A stretch of 64,000 nucleotides of DNA from positions 8,781 to 72,780 of the IMG/VR virus record IMGVR_UViG_3300020440_000014; one strand, 5' to 3'. Origin of the DNA: a virus (lineage: Duplodnaviria > Caudoviricetes). Under the pieces are notes generated by a model. The model was not told where the DNA came from. It did not search any database and saw nothing but the letters and a program-made list of their open reading frames with translations. Both the position numbers and the translations under genes were made by a program. Positions within the stretch are counted from its first letter, which is position 1; every line of letters begins with the position of its first letter. Positions 20,120 to 28,465 of the stretch are shown here, in pieces.

Positions 20120-21881
20120 AACGGTAGATAATTTTTCGACAATAGAAGACTTCAGACTGAAGTATAATGAATTAGCAACAGACGTTGGTGATATAAGCGG
20201 TCTTCAAACTCCAAGAAGTGGTAATTTAACAGACGCTTTAAATAGTGTTAATGAAAAAGACTTTTTCTTCCAAGAATTTATTTACAGAGTTACTTCAAAT
20301 AACGAAGTTAATTTTAGCGGTTTAGATGAATTTGCTAATACTTTAAAATTTAGAAAAGATAGAATTCAAGTATTTGTCAATGGTAAACATCTAATCGAAG
20401 ATATCGATTATGTTATCTCAAATCAAAATTCAGATGGTACATATGGTCAAATAAATCTACAAGGCACTTACGCTTCAGGTCAAGCAGATGCAACTCAAGT
20501 AAATGATAGAGTTGTAGTATACTCTTACACAGGTTCATATCTAGGTGTTGCAGTACAATCAACTGGTTCAACATTCTGGTTATTATCAGATACAAATTCA
20601 ATTTATAATAGTAATCAATCTGGTGTTATTATAAATGGAGTTTCAACAGATGTTGATACAGAACACGAATCAGGTTTCAATATCAAATTAAATGGTAGAA
20701 CTTTTGCTACAGATGATATCGTTGCAACTACCGGTAAAAGAATCGAAGCACCAACATTAACTGACGGCACTGCATCATTATCAAGTGGTTCAATAACAAG
20801 TGCAGTAAACGGAACATTCTCAGGACAAGTTCAGGCAGAACATTTAGTATCAACAGATGATTTAGCAGTGAGTGATGATGCAACAATTGGTGGTGCATTG
20901 TCAGTTGCTGGTGGTTTTGGTTCAAGTGGTCTTTCAGTATCAGATGCAGGTAATTTATCTGCTGACGGTGATTTGACAATTGGTGGTAGTTCAAGTTTAA
21001 ATGGTAGTGTTACTCTAGGTGATAGTGCTTCAGATAATATTACATTTACTGGTAAAGCAAATTCAAATATAAGACCAAGTGCAAATAACACATACTCGTT
21101 AGGTTTATCAACATTAAAATGGTCAAATGTTTTCTCAAATACATTTACTGGTGACTTAACAGGAAACGTAACCGGAAATGTCACCGGAGACATCATAGGG
21201 AATGTAACTGGTGCAGTAACAGGAACGGTTTCAGATATTTCAAACCATGACACTGGCAATTTATCAGAAGGTTCAAACTTATATTATACTAACGCAAGAG
21301 CAGATGCTAGAATAGCAAATGCAAGTATAGGTGATTTAGGTAATGTCTCAAATACGAGTGCATCTATAGGACAAATTTTAGCATGGAGTGGTTCTCAATG
21401 GGCACCAGTCGATAACCAAGATTCTGATGCTGTTACTGAAGGAAGTACTAATCTATTCTATACAAACGAAAGAGTTGATGATAGAGTTAATGCATTGTTA
21501 ACAGCAGGCACAGGCATCACATTAAATTATGACGATGCTAATAATACATTACAAATATCTGGTGTTGCTCAATACTCAGATTCAAATGCAAGACAAGCTA
21601 TAACAATAACAGATGCTGGGGGTGACGGTTCATTAGTATACAATAGTTCATCAGGTGTTGCAACATATACAGGACCTAGTGCTAGTGAAACTAGAGCTCA
21701 CTTTACTGGCGGTAATGGTATATCTCTCTCTTCAGGAGATATCAGTGCAAATGTATCAAACGGTATCGAAATAAATAGCGATAATATAGAATTAGATTAT
21801 GAAGTAATTAGTTCTGGTTCGTTCTCTGGAACACCAAGTGGAGCAGGACACCAAGTTGGACACTTGTTTTTTGTGATATGA
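20112..21881 (+). CDS. Tail fibre / whisker-like structural protein with NL.EGSNLYYT..R repeats
   Basis: TIEDFRLKYNEL N-terminus, GDLTGNVTGNVTG, DTGNLSEGSNLYYTNARADARIA, EGSTNLFYTNERVDDRV. Confidence 0.65.
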   Translation: MAKTVDNFSTIEDFRLKYNELATDVGDISGLQTPRSGNLTDALNSVNEKDFFFQEFIYRVTSNNEVNFSGLDEFANTLKFRKDRIQVFVNGKHLIEDIDYVISNQNSDGTYGQINLQGTYASGQADATQVNDRVVVYSYTGSYLGVAVQSTGSTFWLLSDTNSIYNSNQSGVIINGVSTDVDTEHESGFNIKLNGRTFATDDIVATTGKRIEAPTLTDGTASLSSGSITSAVNGTFSGQVQAEHLVSTDDLAVSDDATIGGALSVAGGFGSSGLSVSDAGNLSADGDLTIGGSSSLNGSVTLGDSASDNITFTGKANSNIRPSANNTYSLGLSTLKWSNVFSNTFTGDLTGNVTGNVTGDIIGNVTGAVTGTVSDISNHDTGNLSEGSNLYYTNARADARIANASIGDLGNVSNTSASIGQILAWSGSQWAPVDNQDSDAVTEGSTNLFYTNERVDDRVNALLTAGTGITLNYDDANNTLQISGVAQYSDSNARQAITITDAGGDGSLVYNSSSGVATYTGPSASETRAHFTGGNGISLSSGDISANVSNGIEINSDNIELDYEVISSGSFSGTPSGAGHQVGHLFFVI

Positions 21882-21882
21882 T

Positions 21883-23124
21883 ATGGCTAACGACATTTAT
21901 ATAAAACATAACTTCGCACAAACGCCTGACGGAAGTTTTCAACAACCATATATACATCAGGTATCAGTCGATAGTCAAACACCTCTTGAGAGTCAAACTC
22001 AAATTGTTGCTCAAAGAATAGCACAACAGCCTGCTATTGCACAACAACCTTCTAGAGTTTCAACTCAACAACAAAATACGGTTTCTGCTCAATACACATC
22101 TCAGATTCAACAAAATCAACCTTATACATTTCAAACACTATTACAAAATGTAAATCGTCAGGTATCGTTAAGAGATGTAGATAGACAAATATCTTATCGA
22201 ACTCCTTCGCCTTCACCTTCAACGTATCAAGTGGTTGAAAATGTTCAACAACCAAATACAAGACCGGTACCATCATCAGTAGCAGCACGATATGCCAACT
22301 CAGTACAGAATCCTTTTGTAGATGATGCACATATATTTGTTTCATATACTGCTAGACGGCCTTCTCCTTATATATCACAACAACCTGTAATAGTGCAAAC
22401 ACCAGGCAATGCTCCTTCTACACAACAAACGATTAGAGAAGAAATATATGTTGCAAATGCAACTAAAAGAACTGAACTACACCGCAGTGTGTCTGCTTCA
22501 AGTTCATTAGCCAATCCTGGTACAATAAACAATTATATGCACGTTAGTATATTTGAAAATGATGATGATTATAACTTTTATTTCCGTGTTAGAACTGATT
22601 CAAATGCTAATGGTTCTAAATTACTTCAATTAGAATCAGGTCAAACAACAATGCCTACATCAGGTGTCGGAACCATAGTGGTCTTTTTTCGATTTCCAGC
22701 TGGTTCTATTCCTAGTTCATGGGCTATAGACGTTGGCCCTATTTCGGTGACAACATCTGGTGCAGGTTCAGGCGGTAATATTACCTTATCTGATGGCGGT
22801 TCTCATCCTAGTTCAACATATGATATGGGAAATGTTGTTCAGTTTGACGGCAGTTCTAGTTTTGCTACTTGGTCTGAAGATAGTTTTGGTATGAATGTGC
22901 AAGCCACTGGCAGTCTAAGTTCTTTAAGCGGCGCCGGAACATATGTAATAGGTGGGTCTTTTCCTGTGAGATTTAGATTTAATCATTCAGACAATAGAGG
23001 AACTTTAACACAAACTTATGCAGTAAATATGTACAATCAATTTAATGTAACGTATAATCAGTCGCCTTCACCATCACCAGGATTCCAACCTTTCGGTAGT
23101 TTCAACCCAGGTGATATAAGGTAA
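21883..23124 (+). CDS. Q/P-rich repeat protein with a beta-rich C-terminal domain (putative virion protein)
   Basis: The N-terminal half is Gln/Pro/Ser/Thr-rich (QQP, QPYTF); the C-terminal part is S/G-rich. Confidence 0.6.
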   Translation: MANDIYIKHNFAQTPDGSFQQPYIHQVSVDSQTPLESQTQIVAQRIAQQPAIAQQPSRVSTQQQNTVSAQYTSQIQQNQPYTFQTLLQNVNRQVSLRDVDRQISYRTPSPSPSTYQVVENVQQPNTRPVPSSVAARYANSVQNPFVDDAHIFVSYTARRPSPYISQQPVIVQTPGNAPSTQQTIREEIYVANATKRTELHRSVSASSSLANPGTINNYMHVSIFENDDDYNFYFRVRTDSNANGSKLLQLESGQTTMPTSGVGTIVVFFRFPAGSIPSSWAIDVGPISVTTSGAGSGGNITLSDGGSHPSSTYDMGNVVQFDGSSSFATWSEDSFGMNVQATGSLSSLSGAGTYVIGGSFPVRFRFNHSDNRGTLTQTYAVNMYNQFNVTYNQSPSPSPGFQPFGSFNPGDIR

Positions 23125-23129
23125 ATGAT

Positions 23130-23768
23130 ATGAGTAATCAACAACAACAATGGCCTTTTATTACGTCAACTCCGACTCCAGCTAGATATGCTAATAGTGG
23201 TCAACAGCAAAATCCATACCCAGCAATTCGTCAAGCGCCTTATACTTTTCAAAACCCAGGTCCATCGATTGTTCGAACACCTGTATTAACACAGGTACAA
23301 ACTCAACAGGATTATCGAACACCATTTACATATCGACATACAGAGAACAGGCAAACCATAGTTCAGGTTACAGCGCAACAACCTACACTTTATCAAACTC
23401 AACAACCGATAATATATCAAGGTCGACAACCTACTCCTGCTATAAGACAAAATCCTGTCATATATCAAAACCCGATTATAGTTCAGTCGCCTGCTATTGT
23501 TCAAACACCTCAAAGAAATAGTGTTCAACAGAGAAATAGTTTTCAACAATCTTATAGAACTCAAACACCATATACTTTTAGACAACCTTCAATTGTTCAA
23601 CAAACAAATACAGGCACTAGACCAATTCAACAGGTTGCTAAAGTTAAAGCAGTATACGTCAAGACAGCGGTTGGTGTACAAAAACTTGATGAAATCTTTG
23701 TTAAAAAAGATAGTAGTACCGTTGAGAAAATACACCAATCAGTACCTACTGCTCAATTAAACAAATAA
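23130..23768 (+). CDS. Q/P/T/Y-rich repeat protein
   Basis: RQAPYTF, RTPFTYRH, QQPIIYQ, RQNPVIYQ repeats; C-terminal AVYVKT module. Confidence 0.65.
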   Translation: MSNQQQQWPFITSTPTPARYANSGQQQNPYPAIRQAPYTFQNPGPSIVRTPVLTQVQTQQDYRTPFTYRHTENRQTIVQVTAQQPTLYQTQQPIIYQGRQPTPAIRQNPVIYQNPIIVQSPAIVQTPQRNSVQQRNSFQQSYRTQTPYTFRQPSIVQQTNTGTRPIQQVAKVKAVYVKTAVGVQKLDEIFVKKDSSTVEKIHQSVPTAQLNK

Positions 23769-23772
23769 TTAG

Positions 23773-23780
23773 CATAAATA
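23773..23780 (+). promoter_or_regulatory. Late promoter variant CATAAATA
   Basis: 6 nt upstream of ATG 23787. Confidence 0.6.
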
Positions 23781-23786
23781 GATAGC

Positions 23787-24119
23787 ATGGCAGCTATATC
23801 AAACATTTTCATTGACCAAGGAACAGACTTTAGTGTGACCGTTGATGTCACTGATGCTAATGGTTCGCCATTAAACTTATCAGGATATACAGCAGCTTCT
23901 CAAATTAGAAAGTCATATGCATCATCTTCTGCTAGTGCAACATTTACAACAAGTATTTCAGCATCTTCAGGTCAAGTAACAATGTCTCTTACAGATACGC
24001 AGACATCTGGTTTAGCGGCTGGTCGTTATTTGTACGACCTAAATATAACAAGTAGTGCAAGTGTTACATCGAGAGTGGTAGAAGGACAAGTAATTGTAAC
24101 ACCAGGAGTTACGAGGTAA
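23787..24119 (+). CDS. Conserved small virion protein (Ig/BppU-like fold)
   Basis: NIFIDQGTDF...LNLSGYTAASQIRKSY...GRYLYDL...RVVEGQVIVTPGVTR, widespread in T4-like phages. Confidence 0.7.
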   Translation: MAAISNIFIDQGTDFSVTVDVTDANGSPLNLSGYTAASQIRKSYASSSASATFTTSISASSGQVTMSLTDTQTSGLAAGRYLYDLNITSSASVTSRVVEGQVIVTPGVTR

Positions 24120-24121
24120 TT

Positions 24122-24364
24122 ATGGCAATTAAAGGTGTAGTAGGAAGAGTAGCAGGTATATCTGCTAGAGTTCAAGGACAAGGTAATGTCCGTGTAAAAC
24201 AGGTTGCAATCGGTGATGCTTCATCAGCAGTTAATTTATCTGCTAAATCTATTCAAGAATTACAAGATGTAGATGCAACAGAAACAGACAAAGGTTTATT
24301 ACAATATGACCAAGCATCTGACCAGTGGAAAACAACCACGGTTATAGATGGCGGAACATTTTAA
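24122..24364 (+). CDS. Small virion protein ending in IDGGTF
   Basis: LQDVDA...GLLQYD...W...IDGGTF motif. Confidence 0.6.
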   Translation: MAIKGVVGRVAGISARVQGQGNVRVKQVAIGDASSAVNLSAKSIQELQDVDATETDKGLLQYDQASDQWKTTTVIDGGTF

Positions 24365-24367
24365 TAA

Positions 24368-24375
24368 TATAAATA
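24368..24375 (+). promoter_or_regulatory. Late promoter TATAAATA preceding a long structured leader
   Basis: Exact consensus, about 140 nt upstream of ATG 24516. Confidence 0.75.
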
Positions 24376-24388
24376 ATTTTACAATCAA

Positions 24389-24465
24389 GGTGTCATTCAG
24401 TGAGACACGACCCACATAGTGAGTGGACCGATACATGATGTTCTTTCTCGGATAGTGAAGAGAAA
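24389..24465 (+). ncRNA. Candidate cis-regulatory RNA: three hairpins with AGUGA-containing loops
   Basis: GTGTC-ATTCAGTGA-GACAC, CCAC-ATAGTGA-GTGG and TTTCTC-GGATAGTGAA-GAGAAA form a GC-enriched island in an AT-rich 5' UTR. Confidence 0.5.
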
Positions 24466-24515
24466 TTAATTAATTAATTTTTATAATAACATATTAAATT
24501 TTTTAGGAGAAAAAA

Positions 24516-25949
24516 ATGGCAACGGTTATTCAAATCAAAAGAAGTACAGGAGCTTCCGCACCAGCAGTCTCAGACTTAGCTGAGGGCGAATTAGCGTATG
24601 TACAAGATAGGTCTAACGATGGTGCTTCTGCTAAATTGTATATTGAGTCTGTAGACTCAGGCGGCTCAGCTGCTATTCACGAAATCGGTGGTAAATACTA
24701 TACTGATATCGTAGATGGTGCTGCTCCAACACCTGCTAACTTTGTAGTAGGTAATGGTTCATCAGCTGGTGCATCTTTACAACTTAGAGAAGATTCAGAC
24801 AACGGTTCAAACTTTGTTGCTCTTAAATCACCTGACTCAGTAGCAAGTAATTTAACATTTACTTTGCCTGGTTCAGATGGTTCAGCAAACCAAGTTTTAG
24901 CAACTAATGGTTCTGGAACACTTTCATTCCTATCAACAACTTCAACACTTGCAGGTGCAACTGATTCAGATATTTCATCACCAACATCAGGACAAATTCT
25001 TGTTCATGACGGTAGTGATTCATTTGATAACGTATCACTTTCAGGTGACGTAACAATGGCATCAAATGGTGCCGTAACTATCGCTAACACAGCAGTCGAA
25101 ACAGCAATGATTGCTAACGATGCGGTAACTTTAGACAAAATTGCAGATGCAGTAATTATTTTAGAATCAGAAGGTATTGGTAACAACGATGTTGATACTG
25201 GATTCCCAACAGCAGCTGCAGTTAAAGACTATGTTGATTCTCAAGTAACAGCTCAAGACCTTGATTTTCAAGGTGATTCAGGTGGTGCTTTATCAATAGA
25301 TTTAGATTCAGAAACTTTATCTATTGTTGGTACTGCTAATGAAATCGTAACAGCTGGTTCTGGTAATCAAATTCAAATTGGTCTTCCTGACAACGTGACT
25401 ATTGGCGGTAACTTAACCGTTAGTGGTACAACTACAACCGTTAACTCAACAACGGTTTCAATTGCTGACCCAGTGTTTGAAATCGGTGATGATGGTTCAG
25501 ATGACAACCTAGACAGAGGTATCAAATTTAAGTACAACTCAGGTGGTGCTAAAGTTGGTTTCTTTGGTATGGACGATTCAGATGCTAAATTTAAGTTTAT
25601 TGCAGATGCAACAGACTCAAGTTCAACATTCTCAGGTTCATTAGGTAATGTTGCTTTCGGTAATATCGAAGGTTCAGGTCTTGCTCTTTCAGGTTCAATT
25701 ACTTCAGTAGATGGTTCTGCTCCTACAGCAGGTCAGATACTAATAGGTAATGGTTCTAACGGAGATATGGAACTTGCAACATTAACTGCTGGCGAAGGTC
25801 TTGACGTATCAAATGCAGACGGTTCAATAACATTATCAGCTGAAGACGCTACAAGCACCAACAAAGGTATAGCAAGTTTTGCAAGTGCAAACTTTACCGT
25901 AAGTTCAGGTGCTGTTACCATTACTGCTATCGATGGAGGCACATTTTAA
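24516..25949 (+). CDS. Tail fibre-like protein (Mtd_N-like N-terminus)
   Basis: MATVIQIKRS.....P...L.EGELA N-terminus; GNLTVSGTTTTVNSTTVSIAD repeat; ends IDGGTF. Confidence 0.7.
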   Translation: MATVIQIKRSTGASAPAVSDLAEGELAYVQDRSNDGASAKLYIESVDSGGSAAIHEIGGKYYTDIVDGAAPTPANFVVGNGSSAGASLQLREDSDNGSNFVALKSPDSVASNLTFTLPGSDGSANQVLATNGSGTLSFLSTTSTLAGATDSDISSPTSGQILVHDGSDSFDNVSLSGDVTMASNGAVTIANTAVETAMIANDAVTLDKIADAVIILESEGIGNNDVDTGFPTAAAVKDYVDSQVTAQDLDFQGDSGGALSIDLDSETLSIVGTANEIVTAGSGNQIQIGLPDNVTIGGNLTVSGTTTTVNSTTVSIADPVFEIGDDGSDDNLDRGIKFKYNSGGAKVGFFGMDDSDAKFKFIADATDSSSTFSGSLGNVAFGNIEGSGLALSGSITSVDGSAPTAGQILIGNGSNGDMELATLTAGEGLDVSNADGSITLSAEDATSTNKGIASFASANFTVSSGAVTITAIDGGTF

Positions 25950-25978
25950 TTAGTGTTTTTAATCAATAGGAGGAAAAT

Positions 25979-26806
25979 ATGGCAACATTAATTCAGTTCA
26001 AAAGAAGTTCTACACAAAACTCAGTTCCCGCTGTTAGTGATTTATCAGTAGGGGAACTTGCAGTTAATACTTATCATGGTAGATTCTATACTGAGAAAAA
26101 TGATGGTTCGGCAGCAGTCGTAGAAGTAGGGTCAAATCCTTCTTCATTAACCATTAATGACGCTATTACTTTCCCAACTAGTGATGGTTCAGCAAATCAA
26201 GTATTGCAAACAAACGGAAGTGGTACATTATCTTTTGCATCACAACCAAGTTCTGGAATAGTTATCTTTAGATACACTATTACTAGCAATACAACCGCCA
26301 TAACAGGTAACGATGATGATAGTAATTCATTATCATATAGTCCTGGTTCAGAACAAGTATATCTTAATGGTGTACTTTTAGAAGATGGTGGTGCTGACTA
26401 TACGGCAACTAATAGTTCGACCGTCACTTTATCGGAAAATGCGATAAACGGTGACTTAGTAACTATAGTAGCGATAACCTCAGCTGCAAATCTAGTACAA
26501 GGGTTTTTTACCCAATCTACTTTTTCAGCAACAACAGCAAACCAAGTGTTATCATCTAATGCGATTGCCAACAAGGGAATCAAATATGTGATAAACGCTA
26601 CACATGCTAGTGCTGGTACACATGCAGCTGAAGTACTTTTAATCAACGATGGTTCGAGTGCATATTTCGTACAATACGGCGATGTATTTTCGAATTCATC
26701 ATTGTTTTCATTGAGTGCAGATATTGATTCAGGTAATATGAGACTTCTCATTACGCCTGCCAATACTGCTACTACCGTGGACACATTTCAAATCAGACAT
26801 AGTTAA
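25979..26806 (+). CDS. Tail fibre-associated protein (Mtd_N-like N-terminus)
   Basis: MATLIQFKRS...P..SDL..GELAVN; FPTSDGSANQVLQTNGSGTLSF; VYLNGVLL; C-terminal EVLLINDG...QYG domain. Confidence 0.65.
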   Translation: MATLIQFKRSSTQNSVPAVSDLSVGELAVNTYHGRFYTEKNDGSAAVVEVGSNPSSLTINDAITFPTSDGSANQVLQTNGSGTLSFASQPSSGIVIFRYTITSNTTAITGNDDDSNSLSYSPGSEQVYLNGVLLEDGGADYTATNSSTVTLSENAINGDLVTIVAITSAANLVQGFFTQSTFSATTANQVLSSNAIANKGIKYVINATHASAGTHAAEVLLINDGSSAYFVQYGDVFSNSSLFSLSADIDSGNMRLLITPANTATTVDTFQIRHS

Positions 26807-26819
26807 GGAGATATAAGAC

Positions 26820-27230
26820 ATGGCATTATCAAGAGGATTTAAAATCGCTGAATTGATTCGTCATTTATCATATGACTCCACCAATGATGTAATTGTTACT
26901 GCAAAGAAAACTCAAGATAAGAACAAGAAAAGTGGTGCAGAAACAAAAACTGCCACTGACCAGTTCTCTTTAGATTCTTTTGCACATGCAGACTTTAGAG
27001 CTGCTAGATACATCATTGCAATGTCAAGAGGAAGTGATTTCCATTCAACTGAAGTTGTGTTAGTTCATGACGGAAGTGCGGTAACATTAACTCAATATGG
27101 TACATTAAAAGACGCTAATTTAGCTACAATAGACGCTGACATCTCAGGTTCAAACGTAAGGTTGTTAGTCACTCCAGCGAGTGCTACATCAACCGTGATT
27201 AAATTTGATAGAACCTTAGTAGACGCTTAA
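26820..27230 (+). CDS. Small virion structural protein
   Basis: Shares the EV..VHDGS....QYG...DI.GSNVRL..TPA domain with its neighbours. Confidence 0.65.
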   Translation: MALSRGFKIAELIRHLSYDSTNDVIVTAKKTQDKNKKSGAETKTATDQFSLDSFAHADFRAARYIIAMSRGSDFHSTEVVLVHDGSAVTLTQYGTLKDANLATIDADISGSNVRLLVTPASATSTVIKFDRTLVDA

Positions 27231-27250
27231 ATAATAATTTACATTATTTT

Positions 27251-27278
27251 AAAGGGGGCATTTCGCCCCCTTTTTTTT
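27251..27278 (+). terminator. Rho-independent terminator
   Basis: AAAGGGGGC-ATTTC-GCCCCCTTT followed by a T run. Confidence 0.9.
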
Positions 27279-27291
27279 AATCTTTAAAAAT

Positions 27292-27299
27292 CATAAATA
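27292..27299 (+). promoter_or_regulatory. Late promoter variant CATAAATA
   Basis: Immediately after the terminator and 5 nt before ATG 27305. Confidence 0.65.
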
Positions 27300-27304
27300 G
27301 TACC

Positions 27305-28138
27305 ATGGCAACAAAAGCGAAATTTTATACAGACCTAGGTTTTCAGTCAGCATTATCTGCTCAAGTAGACGGAGATTTTACGGTTACAGGTAATTTAACC
27401 GTAAACGGAACAACTACAACGGTCAATTCATCTACTACTTCTGTTACAGATAGTATGTTTGAATTAGCTAACTCAAATACTTCAGCTGATACATTAGATA
27501 TTGGAATATATGGTAATTATAACGATGGACTATCTGATGGTGGTGCAAGTGAATATACTGGTCTATTTCGTGATGCTTCAGATTCTACATGGAAATTATT
27601 CGATGGATTAGAAGTTGAACCGACTACAAGTGTTAACATATCAGGAACAGGATATGCTTTAGCAGATTTACAAGTTGGTGATTTGAATGCTACTACATTA
27701 AATGTAACAAATTCTATTACAGGTGCTAGTATAGCATATCCTACAAGTGATGGTACAAATGGACAAGTTCTTACAACAAACGGTTCAGGAACTTTAACAT
27801 TTCAAGATGCTGGTGGTTTAGATAGTGGGTCAATTACAACTACGTCTACGTCTATAACAAACTTAGATACATTCTCAGCATCGACTTCAAGAGGTGGAAA
27901 ATATACAATAACATTATCAGATTCAACTTCAGGTGTTTATCAAACTACAGAAGTGCATATAATACATGACGGAAGTGCATCAAGTATGTCACAATTTGGT
28001 ACGGTTTTGCAAGGTGGCAACAACGAGCTCGCAACATTTTCTACAGATATCAATTCTGGTAACGTTAGATTAAGAATTACACCTGCTTCAACGAATTCTA
28101 CGAAAATTTCTTTTAAAAAAATTCTAATTGACGTGTAG
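27305..28138 (+). CDS. Tail fibre-associated virion protein
   Basis: GNLTVNGTTTTVNS repeat, YPTSDGTNGQVLTTNGSGTLTF, and the same C-terminal HDGS domain as the two upstream genes. Confidence 0.65.
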   Translation: MATKAKFYTDLGFQSALSAQVDGDFTVTGNLTVNGTTTTVNSSTTSVTDSMFELANSNTSADTLDIGIYGNYNDGLSDGGASEYTGLFRDASDSTWKLFDGLEVEPTTSVNISGTGYALADLQVGDLNATTLNVTNSITGASIAYPTSDGTNGQVLTTNGSGTLTFQDAGGLDSGSITTTSTSITNLDTFSASTSRGGKYTITLSDSTSGVYQTTEVHIIHDGSASSMSQFGTVLQGGNNELATFSTDINSGNVRLRITPASTNSTKISFKKILIDV

Positions 28139-28199
28139 GAAGAAGGCACATTTTACTAAATATTAGCGTCAATTGAACATTAAAGAGGACACATAAAAA

Positions 28200-28463
28200 A
28201 TGGCAACACAAAATTCATTTGTAATAGAGTATGGATTGACGGTTGGTTCAACCGAGGTGATAAACTCTTCTGGTAAATTACAATCTAGTGCGATTAGTGA
28301 GTTAGATACGGATAATCTTTCAGAGGGGTCAACGAATCAATATTTTTCAAACGCAAGAGCAAGAGGCGCAATTAGTCTAGCATCTGGCGAATCAAATCTT
28401 TCATACAACTCTACATCTGGTGAGTTGTCTTTACCATCGGTGAACGGAGGCACATTTAGTTAA
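28200..28463 (+). CDS. Small virion protein, paralogous to the N-terminus of 28466
   Basis: F.I..GLTVG.TEVI.SSG N-terminus, DNLSEGSTNQYF, ends VNGGTFS. Confidence 0.65.
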   Translation: MATQNSFVIEYGLTVGSTEVINSSGKLQSSAISELDTDNLSEGSTNQYFSNARARGAISLASGESNLSYNSTSGELSLPSVNGGTFS

Positions 28464-28465
28464 AA

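Noticed and set aside
24389-24410. Iron-responsive element (CAGUGN loop)
   Set aside because: Only the first hairpin has CAGUGA, and it lacks the canonical 5-bp upper stem with bulged C; the other two loops read UAGUGA. Kept only as a generic AGUGA motif.
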